33,941 nt of DNA, from positions 1-33,941 of the forward strand of contig CAYJDH010000006.1 of NCBI GenBank assembly GCA_964368915.1, written 5' to 3'. The translations under genes and the position numbers were made by a program. Source of the DNA: an uncultured Candidatus Saccharibacteria bacterium (GTDB taxonomy: Bacteria; Patescibacteriota; Minisyncoccia; Phycocordibacterales; UBA5272). The notes below the pieces were generated by a model that saw nothing but the letters and a program-made list of their open reading frames with translations, was not told the DNA's origin and did no database searches. Below, one piece after another: positions 1 through 7,970 of the stretch (within the stretch, counting starts at the first letter, position 1; each line of letters starts with the position of its first letter).

Positions 1-104
1 ACTATCAAGGTGTACTCGTTCTCGTATCACACGTGAATGATTTTGTCCGCCAAGTCGGCATCAACAAAACACTAGATCTAGGAAAGTTGATAGATAAAAA
101 GTAG
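1..104 (+). CDS. 3' end of an ABC-type ATPase gene (partial, runs off the window)
   Basis: Frame 3 is open from the window edge to TAG at 102-104. The translation YQGVLVLVSHVNDFVRQVGINKTLDLGKLIDKK resembles the H-loop/C-terminal part of ABC ATPases (..VSHd..F..). Too short to be certain. Confidence 0.35.
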   Translation, partial: YQGVLVLVSHVNDFVRQVGINKTLDLGKLIDKK

Positions 105-106
105 TT

Positions 107-853
107 TTACTTTTGTACACGGAGGAAATATTCGTGATTACCGTCGCTGCCTTGTATTGGTGAGTCGCAGGTACCCATGATTTTGAATTTACAATCTTTG
201 AATTCTGAGACAACATCAGCTAGCGCCTCCTCACGCAGTGACTCTTCACGCACTATACCTTTTTTAGTATTGCCTTTGCCGACTTCAAATTGAGGTTTTA
301 CCAAAATTATCCCAACACCGTTAAATTTTAAAAGCTTATAAAAGCTTTTAGCCAGCAACCTGACTGAGATAAATGATACATCACACACCAAAACATCAAA
401 AGCAGTTTCAACTGTGCCCTTTTTTGTATACTCGCGTATGTCTGTGTCCTCGTAAAGACTTATTTTGTCTTTATTTTTTTCTAGCAACCCCTGATCAAAT
501 TGACCACTGCCCACATCTACAGCTGTGACATGTGCTGCGCCATTTTGTAATAGACAGTCTGTGAACCCGCCTGTCGATGACCCTACATCTAAACAGACCA
601 GACCATCTACTTTCAAATTAAAATATTTTAATGCCCCCTCTAATTTATATCCGCCCCTCCCAACATATTTTTGTTTTTCTGTTACGACTATCTCATCGTC
701 AGCAGAAATCTTTTTATTTGGAACATTGCAAATCGTGCCATTTACAAGGACTTTGTTTTCTAATATCAATGCTTTTGCTGTTGTTCTAGATTTTACCAGG
801 CCTCTCTTTGACAACTCGACATCCAGTCTCTCGCCTATTCGGTCATTGTCCAT
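107..853 (-). CDS. tlyA: TlyA-family rRNA 2'-O-methyltransferase (S4-like domain plus FtsJ fold)
   Basis: 248-aa ORF. N-terminal S4-like RNA-binding segment (LDVELSKRGLVKSRTTAKALI..VLVNG), then a SAM fold with LDVGSSTGGFTDCLLQNGA. This is the typical TlyA layout. Confidence 0.88.
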   Translation of the reverse strand: MDNDRIGERLDVELSKRGLVKSRTTAKALILENKVLVNGTICNVPNKKISADDEIVVTEKQKYVGRGGYKLEGALKYFNLKVDGLVCLDVGSSTGGFTDCLLQNGAAHVTAVDVGSGQFDQGLLEKNKDKISLYEDTDIREYTKKGTVETAFDVLVCDVSFISVRLLAKSFYKLLKFNGVGIILVKPQFEVGKGNTKKGIVREESLREEALADVVSEFKDCKFKIMGTCDSPIQGSDGNHEYFLRVQK

Positions 854-1536
854 TTGTTTTTCTCTAGGGCTCCTTTTGCAGCGTTAGTCTCGGCCTCCTG
901 TTTACTCTTTCCCTCACCATCTGCGACTTTGTCATTACCAAAATATACACCCACCACAAATAGCTTGTCATGATCTGGTCCTGTCTCTGATATCACACGA
1001 TAACTAGGTGTGACTTTAAATTTCTCTTGAGCCTTTTCTTGTACATAGCTTTTCGCATCTTTGAATAGCCCGCCGCGAACTATGTTATCAGTACCGATGA
1101 GTAGTGTTTTTGTGACCCACGTTACGCATGCGTCATATCCGAGATCGAGGTATAGCGCCCCCAAGAATGCCTCATATGTGTCAGCGAGTATAGATGCACG
1201 TGCCTTGCCGGTGTCTTTTTGTTCACCTTTTGAAAGCTTGAGCAAATCATTAAAGCCAAGTCCAAATGCACAGTCTCCTATTGATACAGTGTTCACGAGT
1301 GCAGAGCGATATGCAGTCAGGTCCCCCTCTGAATGATCTGGATACTTTGCATACAGGGCATCGGTCACTATCAATTCCAATACCGAGTCACCGAGGAACT
1401 CGAGTCTCTCATTATGCCCCAATGAAAACTTTGGATTTTCATTTATAAAGCTACGGTGAACAAAAGCTTGTTCATACAGCTCAAGATTTTTCGGGACTAT
1501 ATTATTCTGTTTTAGTATATCTTCTAAACTATTCAT
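835..1536 (-). CDS. rnc: Ribonuclease III
   Basis: 233-aa ORF with the RNase III signature NERLEFLGDSVLE and a C-terminal dsRBD-like region (GPDHDKLFVVGVY..GEGKSKQEAE..AA). Overlaps the tlyA start by 19 nt and the nusB stop by 8 nt. Confidence 0.95.
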   Translation of the reverse strand: MNSLEDILKQNNIVPKNLELYEQAFVHRSFINENPKFSLGHNERLEFLGDSVLELIVTDALYAKYPDHSEGDLTAYRSALVNTVSIGDCAFGLGFNDLLKLSKGEQKDTGKARASILADTYEAFLGALYLDLGYDACVTWVTKTLLIGTDNIVRGGLFKDAKSYVQEKAQEKFKVTPSYRVISETGPDHDKLFVVGVYFGNDKVADGEGKSKQEAETNAAKGALEKNKWTMTE

Positions 1537-2410
1537 TTTTGATTATTTCTAATGCGCGCAATATTGTTGGTCTCATGTCTTCGTAAACTGGCAATATACT
1601 GACCTCGTCCATGCGCCACCATTTTGCCTCGTCGAGACCCTTGCTGTCCTCTACCTTTGGTGCCTCATGAGCAGTACGAGCAAGATAGTACTCAACCTGC
1701 TTGCGGACTTTACCCTTTTCAGGATGATGAGCCACATATGCATTCTCACCTATTTTTTCAATTATCTTTGCGTCCAATATTCCAAATTCTTTTTTGACCA
1801 CTCTCGCTACTGCGGCCTCTACACTTTCACCTTCGGCTTTGTGTGATTTGCACAATGTCCAATGTCCAAATATATCATGCACCATACCTACATATTTCTT
1901 GTCGCCATATGTGCTGGTTACTATTACACCGATCAGCTCCTCGATTTGTATTGGCTTTGCAGACACATCCCCCTTGCCTGGCTCGCCCATCTCTTTGTAT
2001 ACAGCACCGAGCACCCCATTAACAAATCTACCGCTCGACTCGCCTCCATACTCCTTTGCAATTTCAATGGCCTCATCGATAGCAACCTTTGGTGGAACAT
2101 GTTCTCTGTCGCCAAAAAGTAACTCGCACAGTCCTACACGCAATACATTCCTGTCCACAATATTAATCTTGTCCATTGGCCACTCTGGAGCCGCCTTTTG
2201 TATTATCTCGTCGAGAGTAGTAAGACGTGACAATGTCTCAGCGAGTATCTTTTCTGTAAAATCAGACTCTTTCAAGCTACCTCCAAATTCCACAATATTA
2301 CGAGCGACTATTTTCTTTGACTCCTCTGTTGAAATGTTAAGAGAGTCTGTAATATCAAGCTCATACATTGTTTGCATTGCTATTACTCTTGAGATGTGTC
2401 TTGCGCTCAT
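1529..2410 (-). CDS. nusB: NusB antitermination factor fused to a C-terminal Nudix-like domain
   Basis: 293-aa ORF. Residues 1-145 are NusB-like (ARHISRVIAMQTMYELD.., DRNVLRVGLCELLF.., AIDEAIEIAKEYGGESSGRFVNGVLG). Residues about 155-293 have a Nudix fold signature (GHWTLCKSHKAEGESVEAAVARVVKKEFGI). Confidence 0.85.
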   Translation of the reverse strand: MSARHISRVIAMQTMYELDITDSLNISTEESKKIVARNIVEFGGSLKESDFTEKILAETLSRLTTLDEIIQKAAPEWPMDKINIVDRNVLRVGLCELLFGDREHVPPKVAIDEAIEIAKEYGGESSGRFVNGVLGAVYKEMGEPGKGDVSAKPIQIEELIGVIVTSTYGDKKYVGMVHDIFGHWTLCKSHKAEGESVEAAVARVVKKEFGILDAKIIEKIGENAYVAHHPEKGKVRKQVEYYLARTAHEAPKVEDSKGLDEAKWWRMDEVSILPVYEDMRPTILRALEIIKNE

Positions 2411-2447
2411 AATATTTTGTTTAAAAAGTACAGGGTTTTGTTTTGGC

Positions 2448-2630
2448 TTATTCAGCCTTCTTTACAGTTAGAACTGGTTTACCTTTATAATATCCACAAG
2501 CGTCACAAACACGATGACTGCGTACTACTGCTTTACAGTTTGTACACGCGTTTAGATTCAATGCTTTTAATGCGTGATGTGAGCGACGATTACCTGTGTG
2601 CGCTCTTGTATGTCTCATTCTTACTACCAT
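2448..2630 (-). CDS. rpmF: 50S ribosomal protein L32
   Basis: MVVRMRHTRAHTGNRRSHHALK..CTNCKAVVRSHRVCDACGYYKG is a typical L32 with a CxxC..CxxC zinc ribbon. The ORF-track start at 2651 is a TTG. I prefer the ATG at 2628-2630, which has a TATAAT box (2640-2645, minus) 9 nt upstream. Confidence 0.9.
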   Translation of the reverse strand: MVVRMRHTRAHTGNRRSHHALKALNLNACTNCKAVVRSHRVCDACGYYKGKPVLTVKKAE

Positions 2631-2653
2631 AGTCCCTATATTATACGACAAAT

Positions 2654-3244
2654 CTAGACTTTTTGCAATACACGCCCAAGATACGTTTTCCGGTGGTATT
2701 TGCTGGGGCCGAGCAGCTTTATGGCAGCCAGATGTGAGGCTGTGCCATAGCCAGCATTCTGGTCAAATCCATAGCCGGGCACCTTGCGAGAAAGTGTAGC
2801 CATGTATTTATCCCTACAGACTTTTGCCACAATGCTGGCACAGGCTATGGCCTCGACCTTTTCATCTCCCTTGATAATTATCTCTCCGAACTCCTTTGGT
2901 AATGCCCCGTCTAACTTTATGTCATCGTATTTAAATTTATAATTTAAACTTTCTAACTTTTTTAAGCCAGAGACTATACAGGCCCTCAAACATTTGGATA
3001 TGCCGATCCTGTCTATCTGCTCTGCAGACCGACTAACCACTACCCAGTCCACCAGTCCGTCTCGTTTCCACTTGAGCAACTCCTTATATATTTGTTCCCG
3101 TTTTACGGCAGACAATTTCTTTGAGTCTCGCAATTTTCTATCTTTAAAAAGACTCAAAATATCAGCCTGTTTTCCAGCATAAAATAGAGATATTGTGACC
3201 GGTCCTGCCACAGGACCCCTGCCGACTTCGTCTATACCAAGCAT
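2654..3244 (-). CDS. rnhB: Ribonuclease HII
   Basis: 196-aa ORF starting MLGIDEVGRGPVAGPV (RNase HII catalytic DE motif), with downstream DSKKL and a conserved C-terminal region. Confidence 0.93.
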   Translation of the reverse strand: MLGIDEVGRGPVAGPVTISLFYAGKQADILSLFKDRKLRDSKKLSAVKREQIYKELLKWKRDGLVDWVVVSRSAEQIDRIGISKCLRACIVSGLKKLESLNYKFKYDDIKLDGALPKEFGEIIIKGDEKVEAIACASIVAKVCRDKYMATLSRKVPGYGFDQNAGYGTASHLAAIKLLGPSKYHRKTYLGRVLQKV

Positions 3245-3252
3245 GATATAAT
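3244..3252 (+). promoter_or_regulatory. Extended -10 promoter (TGATATAAT) for dnaE, predicted leaderless
   Basis: TGATATAAT at 3244-3252, then 6 nt (actagc), then the dnaE ATG at 3259. No SD is possible in the 14-bp spacer. Confidence 0.45.
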
Positions 3253-3259
3253 ACTAGCA
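3251..3259 (-). promoter_or_regulatory. Extended -10 promoter (TGCTAGTAT) for rnhB, predicted leaderless
   Basis: The minus strand reads caTGCTAGTATtatatcATG. The -10 is followed by 6 nt and then the rnhB ATG (3242-3244). It overlaps the dnaE -10 box and start codon. Confidence 0.35.
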
Positions 3260-6200
3260 TGTCATTCGTTTCTCTTCGCAATCACTCCCATTACTCCCTA
3301 CTCCAGGCCCTGCCAAAAGTTGACCTCTTGGTAGGCAAAGCCTCTGCATATGGACACACAGCTCTCGCCCTTACTGACAGCAGTAATATGTATGGAGCCA
3401 TAGAGTTCTACAAAGAATGCCAAAAGAAAAAGATAAAACCAATAATAGGAGCAGAGCTAAAACTTAAAAAAGACACTCGCAGCTATACCATAGTACTGCT
3501 CGCCAAAAATTATAATGGCTATCGCAATCTGATGAGACTAGTGAGTGTTGCGAACCTCAAAGATAAAAACAATCATGACCCATTTTTGATAATAGACGAT
3601 ATGAAGGGTCTGACAGAAGACATAATCTTGCTCGATGGTGGACCATGGGGAGAAATTGGTGAAGCGTTAAAAACTAACAATGTTGTAAAAGCAAAATCAA
3701 TATACGACACATATCACGATCTCTTTGCTGATATATATCTCGAGGTGACTCCACACACATTTATGGACTATGGCGTGGAGATGCGCGCAAATGCTATCGC
3801 ATTTGCGCGTGCCAACAATATCAAACTCGTAGCCACACTGAACACTCACTACTTATCATTTAACGACAAGTCCGCACACAAGACTCTGGTTAATGTTCAG
3901 AGCGAGGGCGACAGTGCTGAGGGATACAAAGTTAACTTTGCAAATGCTGACTTTTCATTTTTGAGTAATGCTGAAGTGATAGAGAAATTTAAAGATGTAC
4001 CAGAAGCGATATCAAATACACTAGAGATAGCCGACATGATAAATGTAGAGATAAAGCTCGGCGCCTGGGTGTTCCCAAATATTGAAAGCAAGAATGGATA
4101 TGACGAAGACTTGCGTGAGTTAGCATACGCTGGCCTAGCCGATCGCGGTATGGAGCTGACTGAAACTGTAAAGACTCGTCTAGACTATGAGTTGAAAGTT
4201 ATCAAGGACAAGGGCTACTCGCCATACTTTCTCGTGGTATATGACCTATTGCGTTTTGCGTCTGAGAATAAAATACTCACCAATATCCGTGGATCAGTAG
4301 CGGGATCACTGGTGACGTATCTGGTACGCATCACAAAATGTGACCCGTTGGCATACAAGCTCCCATTTGAAAGATTCCTCAATCCCGAGCGTCCATCAGC
4401 ACCGGATATTGATATGGATTATGCCGACGACAGACGTGATGAGGTGATAGCCTATGCAAAACGTAAATATGGTGATGACCGTGTGGCACAGATCGGAACA
4501 TTTGGTACGATGATGGCTCGTGGTGCAGTGCGCGACGTTGCTCGTGCTATGAAGTTCCCATACATGGTGGGCGACAAGCTTTCTCGCCTCATCCCTCCAC
4601 CTCGACAAGGGTTCCCAGTTTATATTGACGGAGCAATCGAAGAGGTACCAGAGTTAAAAGAAATGTATCAGAGCGATCGTGATGCAGCCATCATACTCGA
4701 CATGGCAAAAAAGGTGGAGGGCTGTGTACGTCACATCTCTGTTCATGCTGCAGGTACAGTCATATCCCCCGCTCCAATCTGGGAGTTCTCACCGATACAA
4801 TATGACCCTAAAGGTGAAGGTAAACTCATCACACAGTATGACATGTACACCATTGAGGATGCGGGACTGCTCAAGTTCGACTTTTTGGGTATTCGCAATC
4901 TCTCTATACTCGGAACCGCTATTGATCTAGTAAAAGAAAAATACAACATAGATTTAGATATTGAAGAGATAGATCTGGAGGACAAGAAAACATTTGAAAT
5001 GCTGGCACGCGGCGAGACTATGGGTCTGTTCCAACTTAACGGTAGTGGTATGACAAAGTTCCTAAAAGAATTGCGCCCTACTCGTATATATGACATCAAC
5101 GCTATGGTGGCGCTGTATCGTCCAGGTCCGCTCGAGATGATACCTGAATACATAAAACGCAAACACAATGCCGACCTGGTAGAATTCCTAGACCCTCGTC
5201 TCGAGCAAATACTTGACCAGTCATTTGGAGTTATCGTTTACCAGGACGATGTGATGTTAATAGCTATACATCTCGCTGGATACAGTTGGCTGGAGGCTGA
5301 CAAATTGCGTAAAGCTATGGGAAAGAAAATCCCCGCAGAGATGGCCGAACAAAAAGAAAAACTGATGAAGGGATTTGTCGAACACGGCCTATCTAAATCA
5401 AAAGCGGACGAGTTGTGGACACGTATCGAGCCATTTGCGGCCTACGGATTCAACAAAGCCCACGCTGCTAGTTATGGGCGTGTGGCTTATCAGACAGCGT
5501 TTATGAAGGCTAACTACCCTTATGCCTACATGACGGCCATATTAACTCATGAGTCTGGAAATATAGACACCATATCCGAAATTGTCGCCGAGTGTAAACG
5601 CATGGGCATCACAGTGTTACCTCCGCATGTCAATCATTCATTTGGTGGATTTGAAATTGTTAAAAATGAACTGGGTGAAGAGGAGATAAGGTTCGGCCTC
5701 TACACTATTAAAAACTTGGGTGTAGAAATATCAGATGCCATCATCGCAGAGCGTGAGAAAAATGGCCCCTATACATCATTTGAAAACTTTATAACACGTA
5801 TCACTCATAAAAATTTAAACAAGAAATCCATTGAGGCATTGGCAATGTGTGGAGCACTAGACGACTTTGCAGAGCGTAATGCTGTGATACAAAACATGGA
5901 GGCCATACTCGATTATCATCATCAACTAACAAAAGACAATGCCGGACAGGACTCGCTGTTTGGTATTATCGAGGCGCCAAAGTTCACATTACGCAAAGTC
6001 CCTCCTGCTGACAATACAACAAAATTAGAATGGGAAAAGGACTTGCTCGGACTTTATATATCAGGATTCCCTCTTGATCCATGGAAAGAGAAAATACTCG
6101 CGCGCGGCATAGACATCAGAACAATACAGGATGCGATAAAAGATAACACCGAGGTTACCATAGGAGTGTTGATTGAAAATGTGAAGGTCACCAAAACTAG

Positions 6201-6393
6201 AAAAGGTGACGCCATGGCCCTCGTAACAATTCGCGATTACTCATCAGCATTTGAGATAGCGGTATTCCCCGAGAGTTATGAGAAATACAAATCACTAATT
6301 AAAAAAGACACCACAGTGATAATCAAAGGAAAAGTTGCGAGTCGTAACGGTGACAAGACCCTAGTCCTAAACGAAATCAAAAAGTTGGAATAG
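3259..6393 (+). CDS. dnaE: DNA polymerase III alpha subunit
   Basis: 1044-aa ORF. N-terminal PHP domain (FVSLRNHSHYSLLQA), polymerase core (PDIDMDY, GLLKFDFLG, FNKAHAASYG) and a C-terminal OB-fold region. Confidence 0.97.
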   Translation: MSFVSLRNHSHYSLLQALPKVDLLVGKASAYGHTALALTDSSNMYGAIEFYKECQKKKIKPIIGAELKLKKDTRSYTIVLLAKNYNGYRNLMRLVSVANLKDKNNHDPFLIIDDMKGLTEDIILLDGGPWGEIGEALKTNNVVKAKSIYDTYHDLFADIYLEVTPHTFMDYGVEMRANAIAFARANNIKLVATLNTHYLSFNDKSAHKTLVNVQSEGDSAEGYKVNFANADFSFLSNAEVIEKFKDVPEAISNTLEIADMINVEIKLGAWVFPNIESKNGYDEDLRELAYAGLADRGMELTETVKTRLDYELKVIKDKGYSPYFLVVYDLLRFASENKILTNIRGSVAGSLVTYLVRITKCDPLAYKLPFERFLNPERPSAPDIDMDYADDRRDEVIAYAKRKYGDDRVAQIGTFGTMMARGAVRDVARAMKFPYMVGDKLSRLIPPPRQGFPVYIDGAIEEVPELKEMYQSDRDAAIILDMAKKVEGCVRHISVHAAGTVISPAPIWEFSPIQYDPKGEGKLITQYDMYTIEDAGLLKFDFLGIRNLSILGTAIDLVKEKYNIDLDIEEIDLEDKKTFEMLARGETMGLFQLNGSGMTKFLKELRPTRIYDINAMVALYRPGPLEMIPEYIKRKHNADLVEFLDPRLEQILDQSFGVIVYQDDVMLIAIHLAGYSWLEADKLRKAMGKKIPAEMAEQKEKLMKGFVEHGLSKSKADELWTRIEPFAAYGFNKAHAASYGRVAYQTAFMKANYPYAYMTAILTHESGNIDTISEIVAECKRMGITVLPPHVNHSFGGFEIVKNELGEEEIRFGLYTIKNLGVEISDAIIAEREKNGPYTSFENFITRITHKNLNKKSIEALAMCGALDDFAERNAVIQNMEAILDYHHQLTKDNAGQDSLFGIIEAPKFTLRKVPPADNTTKLEWEKDLLGLYISGFPLDPWKEKILARGIDIRTIQDAIKDNTEVTIGVLIENVKVTKTRKGDAMALVTIRDYSSAFEIAVFPESYEKYKSLIKKDTTVIIKGKVASRNGDKTLVLNEIKKLE

Positions 6394-6397
6394 CCAC

Positions 6398-6424
6398 TTG
6401 TCAAACTCCAAATATTGTTATAGT
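6398..6424 (+). promoter_or_regulatory. Sigma-70-type promoter for the small membrane-peptide gene
   Basis: TTGTCA (6398-6403), a 15-nt spacer containing TG, then TATAGT (6419-6424), i.e. TGTTATAGT. Lies 25 nt upstream of the ATG at 6449. Confidence 0.45.
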
Positions 6425-6448
6425 GTTTAGACAGAACAAGGAGTATAA

Positions 6449-6574
6449 ATGAGCACAACAAAAAAACTTTTCTCACCAGCAAAAGTGTTGCTTGCAGCAC
6501 TTGCATTAGCTGTCATCATCTTCCCTTATGTTTTTCTCGGAAAGGAGATCCCTGAGCATGACGAGGAATTCTGA
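6449..6574 (+). CDS. 41-aa single-pass membrane peptide (not in the ORF track)
   Basis: ATG at 6449 is preceded by AAGGAG (6438-6443) with a 5-nt spacer. Translation MSTTKKLFSPAKVLLAALALAVIIFPYVFLGKEIPEHDEEF: basic N-terminus, about 20-aa hydrophobic helix, acidic tail. TGA at 6572-6574 is followed directly by a GC-rich terminator. Confidence 0.6.
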   Translation: MSTTKKLFSPAKVLLAALALAVIIFPYVFLGKEIPEHDEEF

Positions 6575-6580
6575 AACGCA

Positions 6581-6610
6581 AAACGCGCGAGCCCAAGGGC
6601 TCGCGCGTTT
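6581..6610. terminator. Bidirectional intrinsic terminator
   Basis: AAACGCGCGAGCCC (6581-6594) and GGGCTCGCGCGTTT (6597-6610) are perfectly complementary, with an A-tract on one side and a T-tract on the other. Sits between the convergent small ORF (+) and 6625..7155 (-). Confidence 0.8.
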
Positions 6611-6624
6611 TCTTATTCTCAATT

Positions 6625-7155
6625 TTAGTCTACGACTACTTTATCAAGCTTGTCCATGATTGCTAACACCTCTTTTGGATATGTTGCTACCACAGTACCG
6701 TTATAATAATAAAGCTTCTCTTCGTTTGTCTTACCTGCATAATAGTAAGCGGTCTTTTTGTTAGCACCACCTAAATTTTTTGCGATAGACTCGATAGCCT
6801 CATCATAATTAGCAAACTTGATTTTACATGATCCCCAACCGAATGGGTTATTGTAACAAGCATTCTTTCCACCTGACGACTCACGTATAGCGATCGCAGG
6901 TAGAAGTCTCCAGTCCAGACCATACTTCTCAGCTTCAAGAACGAATTTCATCGCTTTGTCTGAGAGTGGCATACTACGATCTTTATAATATTTCTCGATC
7001 TTGTCTGCCTTATCTTGTCTCATCTCCTCAATTGTTATCCCTACGTCGTTAGCGACAAGGTTATTATTAGGAGCTATATTTGTTTCGGTAGCTGGTAATG
7101 CAAACAAAGGGATGAATGCAAATACGGCACCGAATTTTTGTATATTTTTTAACAT
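6625..7155 (-). CDS. Exported peptidoglycan-hydrolase-like protein (glucosaminidase/GH73- or SLT-like motif)
   Basis: 176-aa ORF with an N-terminal hydrophobic signal/anchor (FGAVFAFIPLFALPA). The motif LLPAIAIRESSGGKN..NNPFGWGS resembles the catalytic Glu region of GH73/FlgJ-type muramidases. The family call is tentative. Confidence 0.4.
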   Translation of the reverse strand: MLKNIQKFGAVFAFIPLFALPATETNIAPNNNLVANDVGITIEEMRQDKADKIEKYYKDRSMPLSDKAMKFVLEAEKYGLDWRLLPAIAIRESSGGKNACYNNPFGWGSCKIKFANYDEAIESIAKNLGGANKKTAYYYAGKTNEEKLYYYNGTVVATYPKEVLAIMDKLDKVVVD

Positions 7156-7342
7156 GATGTGGCAGTATTTAGCTCTGCCAACTTACTTGTCTACTTTTGG
7201 AACGAATGCTGGATATACTATCAAAGTATTACCCAACTTGCAACAAATATAACATATCTCATCCATCTTGTCAAGTACTAACCCCTAAAATATACCAAAA
7301 TACCCTTGTTTTATATGGTTATTTGATGTATTTTGGCAAACG

Positions 7343-7351
7343 TGTTATTAT
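7343..7351 (+). promoter_or_regulatory. Extended -10 promoter (TGTTATTAT) for tRNA-Glu
   Basis: TGTTATTAT at 7343-7351 lies 10 nt upstream of the mature tRNA 5' end (7362). This implies a leader of only a few nt. Confidence 0.35.
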
Positions 7352-7361
7352 AGTGAAATTC

Positions 7362-7433
7362 GGCCCTATCGTCTATCGGTTAGGACATATCCTTCTCAAG
7401 GATAGAAGCGCGGTTCGACTCCGCGTAGGGTCA
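7362..7433 (+). tRNA. tRNA-Glu (anticodon CUC)
   Basis: Hand-folded cloverleaf. Acceptor GGCCCTA/TAGGGTC (one G-U). D arm GTCT-ATCGGTTA-GGAC. Anticodon arm TATCC-TTCTCAA-GGATA with CTC at 7395-7397. 4-nt variable loop. T arm CGCGG-TTCGACT-CCGCG. Discriminator A. No encoded CCA. Confidence 0.88.
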
Positions 7434-7560
7434 CAAAAACAACTAGCGAAGCGACTATATTTTTGTGATGTCGGAGTATTTAGGCTTTTATGAGCACGGC
7501 GAAATGAAAGACTCTAGTACTCTCGACGCACAAATAGGACTGCGGACAGGAGATTCAAAA

Positions 7561-7569
7561 TGATATACT
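7561..7569 (+). promoter_or_regulatory. Candidate extended -10 promoter (TGATATACT) for the DUF1801 gene
   Basis: TGATATACT lies 19 nt upstream of the ATG at 7589. No SD in between. Confidence 0.3.
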
Positions 7570-7588
7570 AAAACCACTAATCTGAAAT

Positions 7589-7966
7589 ATGAAAACGTAT
7601 AAAAACGTCGAGGAATATATAAAGCTGGCAGACAAGGATAAGCAAGATCTCTTGAAAAGAGTAAGAGAGATCATTAAAGACACAATACCCGATGCTGAGG
7701 AAAGCATCGCCTATGGTATGCCAGCATACTCGTGGAAAAGCTCATCAAATGAAAAATCGGAACCCCTATTTTATTTTGCAGCAATGAAGGGTCATCTAGG
7801 GCTGTACCCGACACCAGGACCAATCGAAGTCTCTAAAGATGTACTGGATAAATACTCGACATCAAAAGGATGTGTTCGTGTCCCCTATGGAGAGCCGGTG
7901 CCAGAAAAAATTATCCAGAAGCTGCTCAAAGAAAGACTGAAGGAAATAAAGAGATCGGCAAAATAA
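7589..7966 (+). CDS. DUF1801 (YdhG-like) domain protein
   Basis: 125-aa ORF. VEEYIK..DKQDLLKRVREIIKDTIPDAEESIAYGMPAY.. and ..KGCVRVPYGEPVP match the YdhG/DUF1801 pattern as I recall it. Confidence 0.6.
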   Translation: MKTYKNVEEYIKLADKDKQDLLKRVREIIKDTIPDAEESIAYGMPAYSWKSSSNEKSEPLFYFAAMKGHLGLYPTPGPIEVSKDVLDKYSTSKGCVRVPYGEPVPEKIIQKLLKERLKEIKRSAK

Positions 7967-7970
7967 TATA

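Noticed and set aside
1794-2471. Long antisense ORFs opposite real genes (for example 1794..2471, 4743..5168, 8404..8685, 13165..13533, 15311..15763, 18238..18651, 31527..32084, 33156..33482)
   Set aside because: Each lies fully inside a confidently identified gene on the other strand and has a Ser/Pro/Leu/Cys-rich, low-complexity translation without start signals.
7431-7468. Hairpin TCACAAAAA-N20-TTTTTGTGA immediately after tRNA-Glu, considered as a terminator or att site
   Set aside because: The stem is almost entirely A-U with a 20-nt loop, so it is weak as an intrinsic terminator. No second copy exists to define an att repeat.
7197-7493. 98-aa ORF in the track
   Set aside because: It overlaps the well-folded tRNA-Glu (7362-7433) and an AT-rich spacer. 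There are no start signals, so it is spurious.
7560-7571. Mini-ORF ATG-ATA-TAC-TAA (MIY) with a perfect AGGAG 7 nt upstream, just before the DUF1801 gene
   Set aside because: The same bases form a TGATATACT extended -10 box of the type seen throughout the window. A 3-codon ORF cannot be supported from sequence alone.
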